In this document: positions 28,199 through 36,664 of the stretch, one piece after another | Position numbering within the stretch: the first letter of the stretch is position 1 | Layout: every line of letters starts with the position of its first letter | NCBI GenBank assembly: GCA_949298405.1 | Contig: CASFWA010000001.1 | Span: 210,023 to 274,022, forward strand | Origin: an uncultured Pseudomonadota bacterium | GTDB lineage: Bacteria; Pseudomonadota; Alphaproteobacteria; Rs-D84 | DNA: 64,000 nt | Direction: 5' to 3' | Made by a program: the position numbers and the translations under genes | The notes under the pieces: model-generated | The model's database searches: none | What the model was told of the DNA's origin: nothing | Seen by the model: the letters and a program-made list of their open reading frames with translations, nothing else

Positions 28199-30268
28199 AT
28201 GGTAAAAAAGAAAAAAAAACAGAATGTATTTTTTATCGTATCTCGTGTGATAGTCCTATTTTTTATGGGATTGGTGGTGGCTTTTGTTATCGCGTTTTCT
28301 CAACTGAATCTTGAAACTTTGCGTGGCGATGTCTTGGCTATTTTAAAAGATGCGACTGGGTTGCCCGTTGAAATTGATGGTAGTGTTTCTTGGAAGTTAT
28401 CACTAAGACCGCAGATTGAATTAAATAAAGTTAGGGTTCCTAATGCAGAATGGGCAAAACATAAAGATGCGTTTAGCGCAGAAAAAATTGATGTGACCTT
28501 AAATTTAATTTCTTTATTCCGTGATAGACCAACAATTCAAAACGTTAAAATTTATGATGCTACGATATGTGTAGAGCAAAATGAAAAAGGTGAGTTGTCA
28601 ATTAAATCTGATAAAGATATTTCTGACAATAAGGCAGAAAATGCTAAAGCCGATTATCCTTTTGAAGATCCTGGACTTGGTGGGGTAGAAGTTAAAAATC
28701 TTAGTTTGGATTTGTTCGGAAATATTTATTCTTTAACAGGTTTCCAAGTACGGTATTCCCCACGTGATGATACACGCGAATATAGTGGTTGGGTTAAATC
28801 GGATAATGATGTTTTTCCGTTTATTGTTTCTTTTTCTAAATATAATGCAGAAAGAAAGGTTTATCCTGTCAGAGTTGCTTTTGCAACTGGTGGTGATGCA
28901 TTAATTGCAAATATTGCTTTGGAGGGAACTAGCAAAGCTCCCATAGATTTTATCATAAAAGGTGATATCCCTGATATTACCGCTGTTGGTGATGTTTTTG
29001 ATTTAGAAATACCAGAAATGCCTTTGATGAAAGTTGATATTACAGGCGGTTTTGATAGAAATAAACTTAGCTTTCGTAATTCTTCTATAAAAATTAAGGA
29101 TAATATCCTTGCTTTTTCTGGAGATATAGATTGGTCTAAAAATATTCCGATGGTAAATATGTCTTTGGATTCTAAATATATAAATTTGAAAGATTTGTTC
29201 CCAGAAATGTATTCTAGGGAGTGGATTAGACCTAATCGGGAACTTAATGTTTTTAAAGATGTTCCTTTGTTTGGAAGTGTGTTTTTGAATTTTAATTTGA
29301 ATCTGCACTTAATGTTGGACGATTTTATTATTTATCGCGATTTTTCTATAAAAGATATTGATTTGAATGTAGATTTAAAAGATGGACGTGCACGTGTTGA
29401 TACAACTAATGTTATAGGTAATGGGAATGTGCAAGTTGGCGGTACCGTAGATATTGATACAGACGGTAATATGTATGTAAAATTAGGTGGAATAGGAAGA
29501 AATGTTTCTGTCGGGGAAATTTTAAATCAAATACAAATAAAAGATTTAATTTCTGACTTGCCTGTTAATTTTGAAACTTATTTGGAAGCAAACGGCAAAA
29601 CCCTTTCTGAATGGATGCAAACTATTACTGGGCCTGTGCAAATTTATTCCGCAGGTCAGGGATATGCACATTCTGCGTTGGTCGCAAATATTTATGGTAC
29701 GGATTTCTTAACGACTTTGCGTCATAGTATTCAGGATCTTTTCCGTACAGAAAAGAAATATAATCAAATGACTATTTCTTGTGTTGCGCTTAATGCGAAA
29801 CTTCGTGATGGTGCTTTTGAAACTCAACATGGTGTCGCAATAGAAACAAATGCTATAAATATAAGATTTGCAGGAAAGTTAGATTTGGGAAATGAGAATT
29901 TAAAACTTTCTTTAACAACCGTTCCTGTTAGAGGTATTAAATTGTCCTTGACGGGAAATGTTGTTAATTCTATAGAATTTACCGGTAATCTTGCAGAACC
30001 AGATATTAAAATAAGTGGTGCTGCTGTTGCCGGCAAAGTAGCGTCTGCAACTGGTATAGGACTGCTATTAGCCCCATTTACGGGAGGAATAGGTTTAGTC
30101 GCTGGTGCAGGTGTGGGGCTGTTGGCAGGTGACTTGCTGGAAAATTGGTTGGCGGATGACCATCCTTGTGAAACCGCAATGGAAAAAGGTGCGCCGGCTC
30201 GTAGAAATGACTCAGAATGGTTGAATTTGCCGGTGACGGAATTACTAAACGGAATATTAAAGAATTAA
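28199..30268 (+). CDS. AsmA-family outer-membrane assembly protein
   Basis: N-terminal TM anchor followed by AsmA-like N-domain (LRGDVLAILKDATGLPVEIDGSVSWKLSLRPQIELNKVRV). 689 aa, beta-rich, with a C-terminal AsmA_2-like region. Confidence 0.65.
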   Translation: MVKKKKKQNVFFIVSRVIVLFFMGLVVAFVIAFSQLNLETLRGDVLAILKDATGLPVEIDGSVSWKLSLRPQIELNKVRVPNAEWAKHKDAFSAEKIDVTLNLISLFRDRPTIQNVKIYDATICVEQNEKGELSIKSDKDISDNKAENAKADYPFEDPGLGGVEVKNLSLDLFGNIYSLTGFQVRYSPRDDTREYSGWVKSDNDVFPFIVSFSKYNAERKVYPVRVAFATGGDALIANIALEGTSKAPIDFIIKGDIPDITAVGDVFDLEIPEMPLMKVDITGGFDRNKLSFRNSSIKIKDNILAFSGDIDWSKNIPMVNMSLDSKYINLKDLFPEMYSREWIRPNRELNVFKDVPLFGSVFLNFNLNLHLMLDDFIIYRDFSIKDIDLNVDLKDGRARVDTTNVIGNGNVQVGGTVDIDTDGNMYVKLGGIGRNVSVGEILNQIQIKDLISDLPVNFETYLEANGKTLSEWMQTITGPVQIYSAGQGYAHSALVANIYGTDFLTTLRHSIQDLFRTEKKYNQMTISCVALNAKLRDGAFETQHGVAIETNAINIRFAGKLDLGNENLKLSLTTVPVRGIKLSLTGNVVNSIEFTGNLAEPDIKISGAAVAGKVASATGIGLLLAPFTGGIGLVAGAGVGLLAGDLLENWLADDHPCETAMEKGAPARRNDSEWLNLPVTELLNGILKN

Positions 30269-30280
30269 AAGGGTGAAAAC

Positions 30281-31039
30281 ATGTTTAATTGGATTGGTTT
30301 AGTTCAGGTTGTAATAATTGCAATTGTAATGTGGTTGTTTTATAGAAGTTTTATTCAAAATACTTCATCAGAACGTTTGGTACGCGGTTTGTTGGGGCTT
30401 GCGTTTTTATGGGTCTTGAGTTTTGTGCTTTCTTGGGCGCATTTAGATTTGTTAAGCGGCTTTTTACATTGGACTGCATTGTTCTTGTCGATTAGTTTAA
30501 TCGTGGTATTTCAACCAGAGTTACGTAAGTTTATGGCTTTGATGGGAAATATTGATGAATGGCGTAGAATATTTAAACGGGGTGGGGTGACCACAAAAAA
30601 TACAAGCGCATTAGATGCAATTGTTTCTGCTGTAGAATATATGTCTGCGAAACATACGGGGGCATTAATCGTTTTCCCAAGTAGTGTTGATGAAAGTGTC
30701 ATAGAAAAGAAAGGGGTTGCTATTGATGCAGAGATTTCAAGTGAACTTTTGCTGACGATATTTTTTAATAAAACACCTTTGCATGACGGCGCGGTGATAA
30801 TAGAAAAGGATCGTATCGCTTATGCAGGAGCAATTTTGCCGTTGTCCCAGAATAATTTGAACTGGAAATATGGAACGCGCCACCGCGCAGCACTTGGCTT
30901 GTCAGAAGTTTCTGGTGCAACGGTTTTGGTTGTTTCAGAAGAAAGTGGTGATATATCAATCGCAGAAAAGGGTAAATTTATCAAATACGATGATATAAAA
31001 AAATTACGCGCAAAATTAGAAAAAGTTATGTCTAAATAA
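30281..31039 (+). CDS. cdaA: Membrane-anchored diadenylate cyclase (CdaA/DisA_N, c-di-AMP synthase)
   Basis: Three N-terminal TM helices, then the DAC domain: GALIVFPSSVDESVIEKKGVAIDAEISSELLLTIFFNKTPLHDGAVIIEKDRIAYAGAILPLS and RHRAALGLSEVSGATVLVVSEESGDISIAEKG. Confidence 0.75.
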   Translation: MFNWIGLVQVVIIAIVMWLFYRSFIQNTSSERLVRGLLGLAFLWVLSFVLSWAHLDLLSGFLHWTALFLSISLIVVFQPELRKFMALMGNIDEWRRIFKRGGVTTKNTSALDAIVSAVEYMSAKHTGALIVFPSSVDESVIEKKGVAIDAEISSELLLTIFFNKTPLHDGAVIIEKDRIAYAGAILPLSQNNLNWKYGTRHRAALGLSEVSGATVLVVSEESGDISIAEKGKFIKYDDIKKLRAKLEKVMSK

Positions 31040-31057
31040 TATATTAATGCTTGTATG

Positions 31058-31087
31058 TGGCCCAGTCAGAAAGACTGGGCTTTTTTG
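31058..31087 (+). terminator. Rho-independent terminator after cdaA
   Basis: CCCAGTC-AGAAA-GACTGGG hairpin followed by CTTTTTT. Confidence 0.75.
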
Positions 31088-31206
31088 ACGTATTTATTTT
31101 TTTGTATATTTAATATAAATTCTTTTGCTCTTGCACCGAATCGGCATTTTTTGATAAACTTTAACAAAAGAATGTAGGGCGTATTTTTAATAACAGGAGC
31201 ACATAC

Positions 31207-32325
31207 ATGGAATTTTCAGTATTTCGCCAGGTTTTAATTCGTGCGCTGGGGCATATGCAGTCTATTGTGGAAAAGCGTGCAACCCTGCCGATATTGATGA
31301 ATGTTAAAATAGAAGTTGCAGATGATTTGGTCTTGTCTGCGACAAATGTTGATTTAGAATTGGTTGAACATGTCGAAGCCGATATCACTTTGGGTGGGAA
31401 AATAACAGTTCCTGTTCAGATGTTGTATGATATTGTTCGTAAGTTGCCAGATGCATCAGAAATTTCTTTTAAGCAGTCTGGCGATCAGTTGGTTGTTTCC
31501 AGTGGTAGGGCAGTTTTCCGCTTGCCTACATTGCCAGCAGAAAACTTCCCAGCGATGGCGGGCAGTAATTTGACAACTAAATTCCAAATGACTACGGGTG
31601 ATTTGGCCCATCTGATTAATCAGACTAAATTCGCAATTCCAACAGATGATGTTCGCTATCATTTGGGGGGGATTTATTTCCATATTTCTGATGAAGGTAA
31701 AGAAAAAATGTTAACTGCTGTTGCAACAGATGCACAGCGTATGGCTTTGTGCGCGATGCCGGCACCGGCGGGTAGTGCAGAAATGCCAGCAGTTATTTTA
31801 CCACGTCGTGTAATTGGTGAACTATCAAAATTGTTGGAAGATGCAAATGTAGATGATGTGACGGTTGAATTGTCTGATACAAAAGCACGCTTTACTGTTG
31901 GCCCAGCAACGCTTACAAGTAAGTTAGTCGATGCACAATATCCTAATTATAGGGTCGTTATACCTAAAGGAAATGACAAAATTGCCATTTTGGATAGAAA
32001 GCAGTTTTTGAATGCAGTTGATTTGGTTTCCGTTGCTAGTGTTGATAAAACAAAATCTGTTCAGTTAACTTTCTCGATGAATAAATTAGTTGTTAACGCT
32101 TCTAGCCCAGATGCAGGTACTGCAACACAAGAATTGGATATTGAATATAATGGTGATGCATCATTTACCGTAACGTTTAATGTAAAATTCTTGATGGATG
32201 TTGCGGGACAGGTAGAAGGTGAAAAGTTCCAGATGGAAATGCAAGATCCTCTGTCGCCAACGATAATAAAATCTACTGATAAAAATACAGATGCATTATT
32301 TATATTAATGCCGATGAGGATGTAA
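31207..32325 (+). CDS. dnaN: DNA polymerase III beta sliding clamp
   Basis: 372 aa. The N-terminus (MEFSVFRQVLIRALGHMQSIVEKRATLPILMNVKI) and the three-domain length are typical of DnaN. It is not adjacent to dnaA here. Confidence 0.85.
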   Translation: MEFSVFRQVLIRALGHMQSIVEKRATLPILMNVKIEVADDLVLSATNVDLELVEHVEADITLGGKITVPVQMLYDIVRKLPDASEISFKQSGDQLVVSSGRAVFRLPTLPAENFPAMAGSNLTTKFQMTTGDLAHLINQTKFAIPTDDVRYHLGGIYFHISDEGKEKMLTAVATDAQRMALCAMPAPAGSAEMPAVILPRRVIGELSKLLEDANVDDVTVELSDTKARFTVGPATLTSKLVDAQYPNYRVVIPKGNDKIAILDRKQFLNAVDLVSVASVDKTKSVQLTFSMNKLVVNASSPDAGTATQELDIEYNGDASFTVTFNVKFLMDVAGQVEGEKFQMEMQDPLSPTIIKSTDKNTDALFILMPMRM

Positions 32326-32350
32326 AAACTGCCGTAAGGCGGTTTTTTTA
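32324..32350 (+). terminator. Rho-independent terminator after dnaN
   Basis: AAAAACTGCC-GTAA-GGCGGTTTTTTT. Confidence 0.7.
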
Positions 32351-32414
32351 CGGATTTTATAATTGCAAAGTGTTGTTTTTATGATATTATTGCCGCCACA
32401 AAAAAGGTTAAATT

Positions 32415-32957
32415 ATGTCTATAGAAGAAATTTCGGCTGGTAAAATGCCACCAAAAAAAATGAATGCTATCATAGAAGTGCCGGAAAACGGCTTCGTAAA
32501 ATATGAAATCGATAAAGAAACGGGGCTGCCACGTGTTGACCGTATTTTGCATACTCCAATGGCTTATCCTGCAAACTATGGCTATTTCCCAGGAACTTTG
32601 GGTGATGATGGTGACCCATTAGATTGCGTGGTAGTTTGTAATGCCCCTTTGCGCCCAGGGGTTTTAATTGAGGTTAGACCAATAGGTGCTTTGTTAATGG
32701 AAGATCAGGCAGGTGGAGATGAAAAAATTATCTGCGTTCCACGCGATAAAATCGATCCTTTCTATACTAATACTGAATATGTTGAACAGTTGCCTGCAAT
32801 ATTGCGTTCTAAGATAGAATATTTCTTTCAACATTATAAAGATTTGCAGCCAAATTCTTGGTCAAAAGTGACAGGTTGGGCAGACCGTGAAACTGCTGAT
32901 AAGTTAATTATGGAAAGTATCGACAGATATTGGGCTCATAAGCGCGAAGTTCAATAA
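32415..32957 (+). CDS. ppa: Inorganic pyrophosphatase (family I)
   Basis: IIEVPENGFVKYEIDKETG...YPANYGYFPGTLGDDGDPLDCVVV carries the family I PPase motif (DxDPxD). Confidence 0.9.
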   Translation: MSIEEISAGKMPPKKMNAIIEVPENGFVKYEIDKETGLPRVDRILHTPMAYPANYGYFPGTLGDDGDPLDCVVVCNAPLRPGVLIEVRPIGALLMEDQAGGDEKIICVPRDKIDPFYTNTEYVEQLPAILRSKIEYFFQHYKDLQPNSWSKVTGWADRETADKLIMESIDRYWAHKREVQ

Positions 32958-33019
32958 TCTTCTTGCGTTTATGCGATTGTTCCGTATAATTTGAAAAGTG
33001 AAAAATAAGAGGTAGTACA

Positions 33020-33589
33020 ATGGCTTCATACATTGCTAATGATATGCGTGTGGGTTGGGTTATTGCTCATAACGGTAAACGTTATTCTGTTATGTCCATT
33101 ACAAAAGTAAAACCAGGTAAGGGTGGTGCTTTCGTTCAAGCTGATTTACGTGATATCGATTCTGGAAATAAGGGCGGTGACCGTTGGCGTGCAGAAGATA
33201 AGGTTGAAAAGTTGATGGTCGAAGATTTTGATTGTCAATATCTATATTCTGACGGAACGGATGCTTTCTTTATGAATTTGTCCGATTATGAACAGTTTAC
33301 TATGCCTGTCGAATCTTTGGGTGAACAAATGAAATTCTTGGCACCTGAAATGCAGGTAAAGGCAAACTTTGTAGAAGGTCAACCTGTTTCTATTTCTTTG
33401 CCAAAAACAGTTGTCGCAACAGTCGAAGAAACAGAACCTGCTTTAAAAGGTCAAACCGTTTCAAGTAGTGGTGGTAAACCTGCTATCTTGGATAATGGCG
33501 TTCGTGTTCAGGTTCCTTTGTTTATTGAACAAGGCGAAAAAATTGTCGTTAATACAGAAACTTTGGAATATGTAGAACGCGCAAAATAA
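33020..33589 (+). CDS. efp: Translation elongation factor P
   Basis: 189 aa. KPGKGGAFVQ loop carrying the conserved modifiable Lys. KOW-like N-domain and OB-fold domains. Confidence 0.9.
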   Translation: MASYIANDMRVGWVIAHNGKRYSVMSITKVKPGKGGAFVQADLRDIDSGNKGGDRWRAEDKVEKLMVEDFDCQYLYSDGTDAFFMNLSDYEQFTMPVESLGEQMKFLAPEMQVKANFVEGQPVSISLPKTVVATVEETEPALKGQTVSSSGGKPAILDNGVRVQVPLFIEQGEKIVVNTETLEYVERAK

Positions 33590-33754
33590 ATAAAAATAAA
33601 TTATAATAACACATCTGTGCACGGTGGCAACCAACTCGTGTAACATTTGTACACTTCGTGGTTGTCACTGCACGTATCTATGGCGTTCTAATTTATTTTA
33701 CAGTGGCATTTTACGCAAATTTTTTGTCGCCATTTTGGCGACTGTTTTTTAACC

Positions 33755-33783
33755 TTGCATAGTTTATGTGTGTGCGATAGTAT
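33755..33783 (+). promoter_or_regulatory. Sigma70-like promoter (TTGCAT-17 bp-TAGTAT) driving a ~200-nt leader and the downstream Cys-rich secreted-protein gene
   Basis: -35 TTGCAT at 33755-33760, a 17-nt spacer, and -10 TAGTAT at 33778-33783. An upstream hairpin GTCGCC-ATTTT-GGCGAC followed by a T-run (33727-33750) looks like a terminator. Confidence 0.5.
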
Positions 33784-33989
33784 GTTTGTGCCAACGGGTG
33801 TTCCGTTGGCGGGGTGTGGAAACCCTTCAATTGCGTCGCGATTTAGCGATGAAAAGAAAATCCCTGATTTTGGTCAGGGGGGTCGTGAATATACTGAATA
33901 AGCGACACAATTCAATTGATTGTTTCCAACCTCCTGACCACCAAAAAAACGGTGGTTTTTGTTTAACCAAAACAAAACAGGGGTTTGAA

Positions 33990-34601
33990 ATGAAAAAAAT
34001 TTTTATTACAGCATTCTTGCTGGGGGCGGTTGTGCCTGATGTTGGGCGTGCAACAGCAATAATTCCACCAGAGCAAACAGAAACAGAAAAATATGTTGGC
34101 AAATTGGCCGGGTATGTTAGTTGTGTGTTGTGTATGGACAATGCGGTGCATTTGCGTGATTTTATTTTGGCGTATGGATTTGGTGGCAGCGGTTCGTGCG
34201 ATTATGAAATGCTGAATAATTCGGACTATATAGAATATACTGATGCTTTACGCGAAAATAATTTGTATGATGCAGAACAGTTTGGGGTGCCAGATTCTGG
34301 TGCATTGGTAAATAGTTATTTGGATGTGATAGGACAGGAATTGTGTCTAGGGGTGCCACCGGCACATTCGTGTATGTATTACGCCTTGTGTATATGTGCT
34401 GATGATCATTATCCATATATCGGGGAAGGATCGAATGGTGAAGTTGGGTATGGCTCTTTGGAATGTGTGGCGTGTCCCAGTGGTGGCACGTCAGAACCAG
34501 GCGCGCGAAGCATTACATCGTGCTATCTGCCGTCCGGCACAACCGGCAGTGATGCAAGTGGTAATTTTATTTATGCGGATGATTGTCATTATGTCGAATA
34601 A
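33990..34601 (+). CDS. Secreted Cys-rich protein, paralog family with C-terminal CxxCPS...CY(L/I)P...SDxxG...C(H/Y)Y module
   Basis: ATG at 33990 with AGGGG RBS. Signal peptide MKKIFITAFLLGAVVPDVGRATA. The C-terminus CVACPSGGTSEPGARSITSCYLPSGTTGSDASGNFIYADDCHYVE aligns with the C-terminus of the 40281-40859 product. The six-frame ORF start at 33768 is an upstream read-through. Confidence 0.6.
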   Translation: MKKIFITAFLLGAVVPDVGRATAIIPPEQTETEKYVGKLAGYVSCVLCMDNAVHLRDFILAYGFGGSGSCDYEMLNNSDYIEYTDALRENNLYDAEQFGVPDSGALVNSYLDVIGQELCLGVPPAHSCMYYALCICADDHYPYIGEGSNGEVGYGSLECVACPSGGTSEPGARSITSCYLPSGTTGSDASGNFIYADDCHYVE

Positions 34602-34637
34602 AATTATAATCCCGGCAATAATGCCGGGATTATAATT
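34602..34637. terminator. Bidirectional terminator between convergent genes
   Basis: AATTATAATCCCGGCA-ATA-ATGCCGGGATTATAATT, a perfect 16-bp stem. Confidence 0.8.
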
Positions 34638-34642
34638 TGTAG

Positions 34643-35590
34643 TTATTTCGTTTTTTCGTTTGAGCCCATAATATTTTTGATTTCATCAACGCAATTATCA
34701 TAGATATTTTTGCGTCCTGTACCCAGATAGTCACGTGGGTTAAAGTTTTCTGGTTTTGTTGCCAATGTTTCGCGAACACCAGCGGTGAATGCTAAGCGGG
34801 AATCGCTGTCCACATTTATTTTGCATATATTCATTTCAACTGCATGACGTAATTGTTCGGCAGGTATACCAAGTGCGTTGGATAGTTTACCGTCATATTC
34901 GTTTATTGTTTTTACAAAGTTTTGCGGAATGCTGGATGCGCCATGTAATACCAATGGAAAATCTGGTAACTGTTTTGCTATTTTTTCTAAAATATCAAAA
35001 CGTAGTTCTTCGTTTTCTGTTTTCCTTTTATATGCACCGTGACTTGTGCCGATTGCAATCGCAAGAGAATCTATATTTGTTGCGTTTACAAAATTTACAA
35101 CGTCATCAGGGTTGGTATAACTAGATTCTGTGTTTTGTGTGTTTTCGTCTTCTATCCCTGAAAGAGTACCTAATTCTGCTTCTACACTTACATCGTATTT
35201 GTGTGCAAAGTCCGCAACTGTTTTTGCTAATTCTATGTTCGCATTAAATGGTAATTTTGACCCGTCTATCATAACACTTGAAAAACCAAGTTTTATAGCA
35301 TTAACGCACGATTCAAAACTGGAACCGTGGTCTAGGTGCAGACTTATTTTTTCTTCCGGTTTTATATGTAAACCCCATATCATACCCATTAGTAGGCTAG
35401 GTCCCATATATTTTAATGCAGATTCTGATACTGCAAGAATGACAGGGCTTTTTGTGTCTCGTGCAGCGGATACAATGGCAGACAATGTTTCCATGTTGTA
35501 AAAGTTGAATGCGGGTACTGCATAATGCTTTGAAATTGCGTCAGAAAAAACTTCTTTTGTATTAACTAAACCGAAATCTTTATAGTCCAT
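34643..35590 (-). CDS. fba: Class II fructose-bisphosphate aldolase
   Basis: MDYKDFGLVNTKEVFSDAISKHYAVPAFNFYNMETLSAIVSAARDTKSPVILAVSE is a class II FBA N-terminus. The Zn-binding His residues (LHLDHG, LVLHGASS) are present. ATG at 35590 with AAGAGGAAG RBS. The six-frame ORF extends further upstream. Confidence 0.85.
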   Translation of the reverse strand: MDYKDFGLVNTKEVFSDAISKHYAVPAFNFYNMETLSAIVSAARDTKSPVILAVSESALKYMGPSLLMGMIWGLHIKPEEKISLHLDHGSSFESCVNAIKLGFSSVMIDGSKLPFNANIELAKTVADFAHKYDVSVEAELGTLSGIEDENTQNTESSYTNPDDVVNFVNATNIDSLAIAIGTSHGAYKRKTENEELRFDILEKIAKQLPDFPLVLHGASSIPQNFVKTINEYDGKLSNALGIPAEQLRHAVEMNICKINVDSDSRLAFTAGVRETLATKPENFNPRDYLGTGRKNIYDNCVDEIKNIMGSNEKTK

Positions 35591-35758
35591 AATGTCTTCC
35601 TCTTTTCTTGGTATTATAGCATAATAAACTTTGCGGTGCGTAAATAAATATAGGAATCTTTTAGTTGACAAATACTTGACAATGAATATTTTTGTGCAAC
35701 AATTATAATACGAATCGGGAGATGGTCTGAGGATAGGCAGAGTTTAAAAGGTGTTATT

Positions 35759-36139
35759 ATGAAAAAGATTTTGGTTTCTGCAATTGCTTTGACTGCTTTG
35801 GCAGGTTGTGGTGGTTATTATGATTATTATAAAGGTGGCGTAAGATATACTCAAGATGGTCAGGATTGTATATATTATGCAGGTGAACAGGGACGTAATT
35901 TATCTAGTTATGTAAGCGGTTTGGATAACGGTAAAAAAATAGTATATCGCAATACTCGTTGCGAAGATTTGTATGCTCGCGATATGTTTGGTCAGGAACC
36001 ACGTCATGATCGTCAAATTTTAGTTCCAGCAGCGCAAGAAGTTCCTTGTAATGCATGTGAAAACAAAATCGAAAAAGTTTCCTATGGTTGCCAAACTTGT
36101 GCAAAACCAGTTTTAACACGTAGATACATTATTATGTAA
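35759..36139 (+). CDS. Small Cys-rich lipoprotein, hypothetical
   Basis: Lipobox MKKILVSAIALTALAGC. 126 aa with eight Cys. Confidence 0.55.
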   Translation: MKKILVSAIALTALAGCGGYYDYYKGGVRYTQDGQDCIYYAGEQGRNLSSYVSGLDNGKKIVYRNTRCEDLYARDMFGQEPRHDRQILVPAAQEVPCNACENKIEKVSYGCQTCAKPVLTRRYIIM

Positions 36140-36250
36140 GTTTGTTTGCTTGTTATAAAAGCGTCCCTTGGGGCGCTTTTTATTTTTGTATCTTTCTTGA
36201 ATAAAGTGTTTTTTTGTGGTAAAATTACAGAAAAGGAAAAGGGGTTTTAT

Positions 36251-36628
36251 ATGAAAAACTTGTTGAAAAAAATCGGATTTGCTGGCTTGGTTGTTGTTGC
36301 TGGTGGGGCGGCGGCTTTGGCAGCACCTGCGGCAGGCGGTGTTAATAATGCGGGGCTATGCGGCTTAATTGCCCAAATGTACGGTGTGTTTAAAATTCTG
36401 CGTACATTGGCTTTCGTAGGTGCGGCATTTATTATCGCAGGCTGGGCCTGGGGATATATCTCCAAGGGTGAAGTAAAACTTGATGATTTGCAGAAGAAGG
36501 GTACTGGTATGTTGGTCGGTTTTATATTGTTGTTCGGTATCGGTGTAGTTTTGCAATTCTTCTTAAGTTCTGCTGGGTTGGCGGCAATCGGATGCCAAGA
36601 TGTAATTTTGAATTGGGGTAGAATGTAA
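36251..36628 (+). CDS. VirB2/TrbC-like type IV secretion pilin paralog
   Basis: ATG at 36251 with AAAGGAAAAGGGG RBS. Long signal peptide MKNLLKKIGFAGLVVVAGGAAALAAPAAGG followed by two hydrophobic helices separated by a short polar loop (...ISKGEVKLDDLQKKGTG...). This is the VirB2/TrbC fold. Rickettsiales rvh type IV secretion systems are known to carry several scattered virB2 paralogs. Confidence 0.55.
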   Translation: MKNLLKKIGFAGLVVVAGGAAALAAPAAGGVNNAGLCGLIAQMYGVFKILRTLAFVGAAFIIAGWAWGYISKGEVKLDDLQKKGTGMLVGFILLFGIGVVLQFFLSSAGLAAIGCQDVILNWGRM

Positions 36629-36629
36629 T

Positions 36630-36662
36630 AAAAAAAGACGGTTTTATAACCGTCTTTTTTTT
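36630..36662. terminator. Bidirectional terminator
   Basis: AAAAAAAGACGGTT-TTAT-AACCGTCTTTTTTTT. Confidence 0.8.
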
Positions 36663-36664
36663 GC

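Noticed and set aside
33768-33989. 5' extension of the Cys-rich protein ORF (six-frame start 33768)
   Set aside because: The extension precedes the signal peptide and lies in the predicted promoter/leader. The ATG at 33990 with an RBS gives a canonical signal peptide at the N-terminus.
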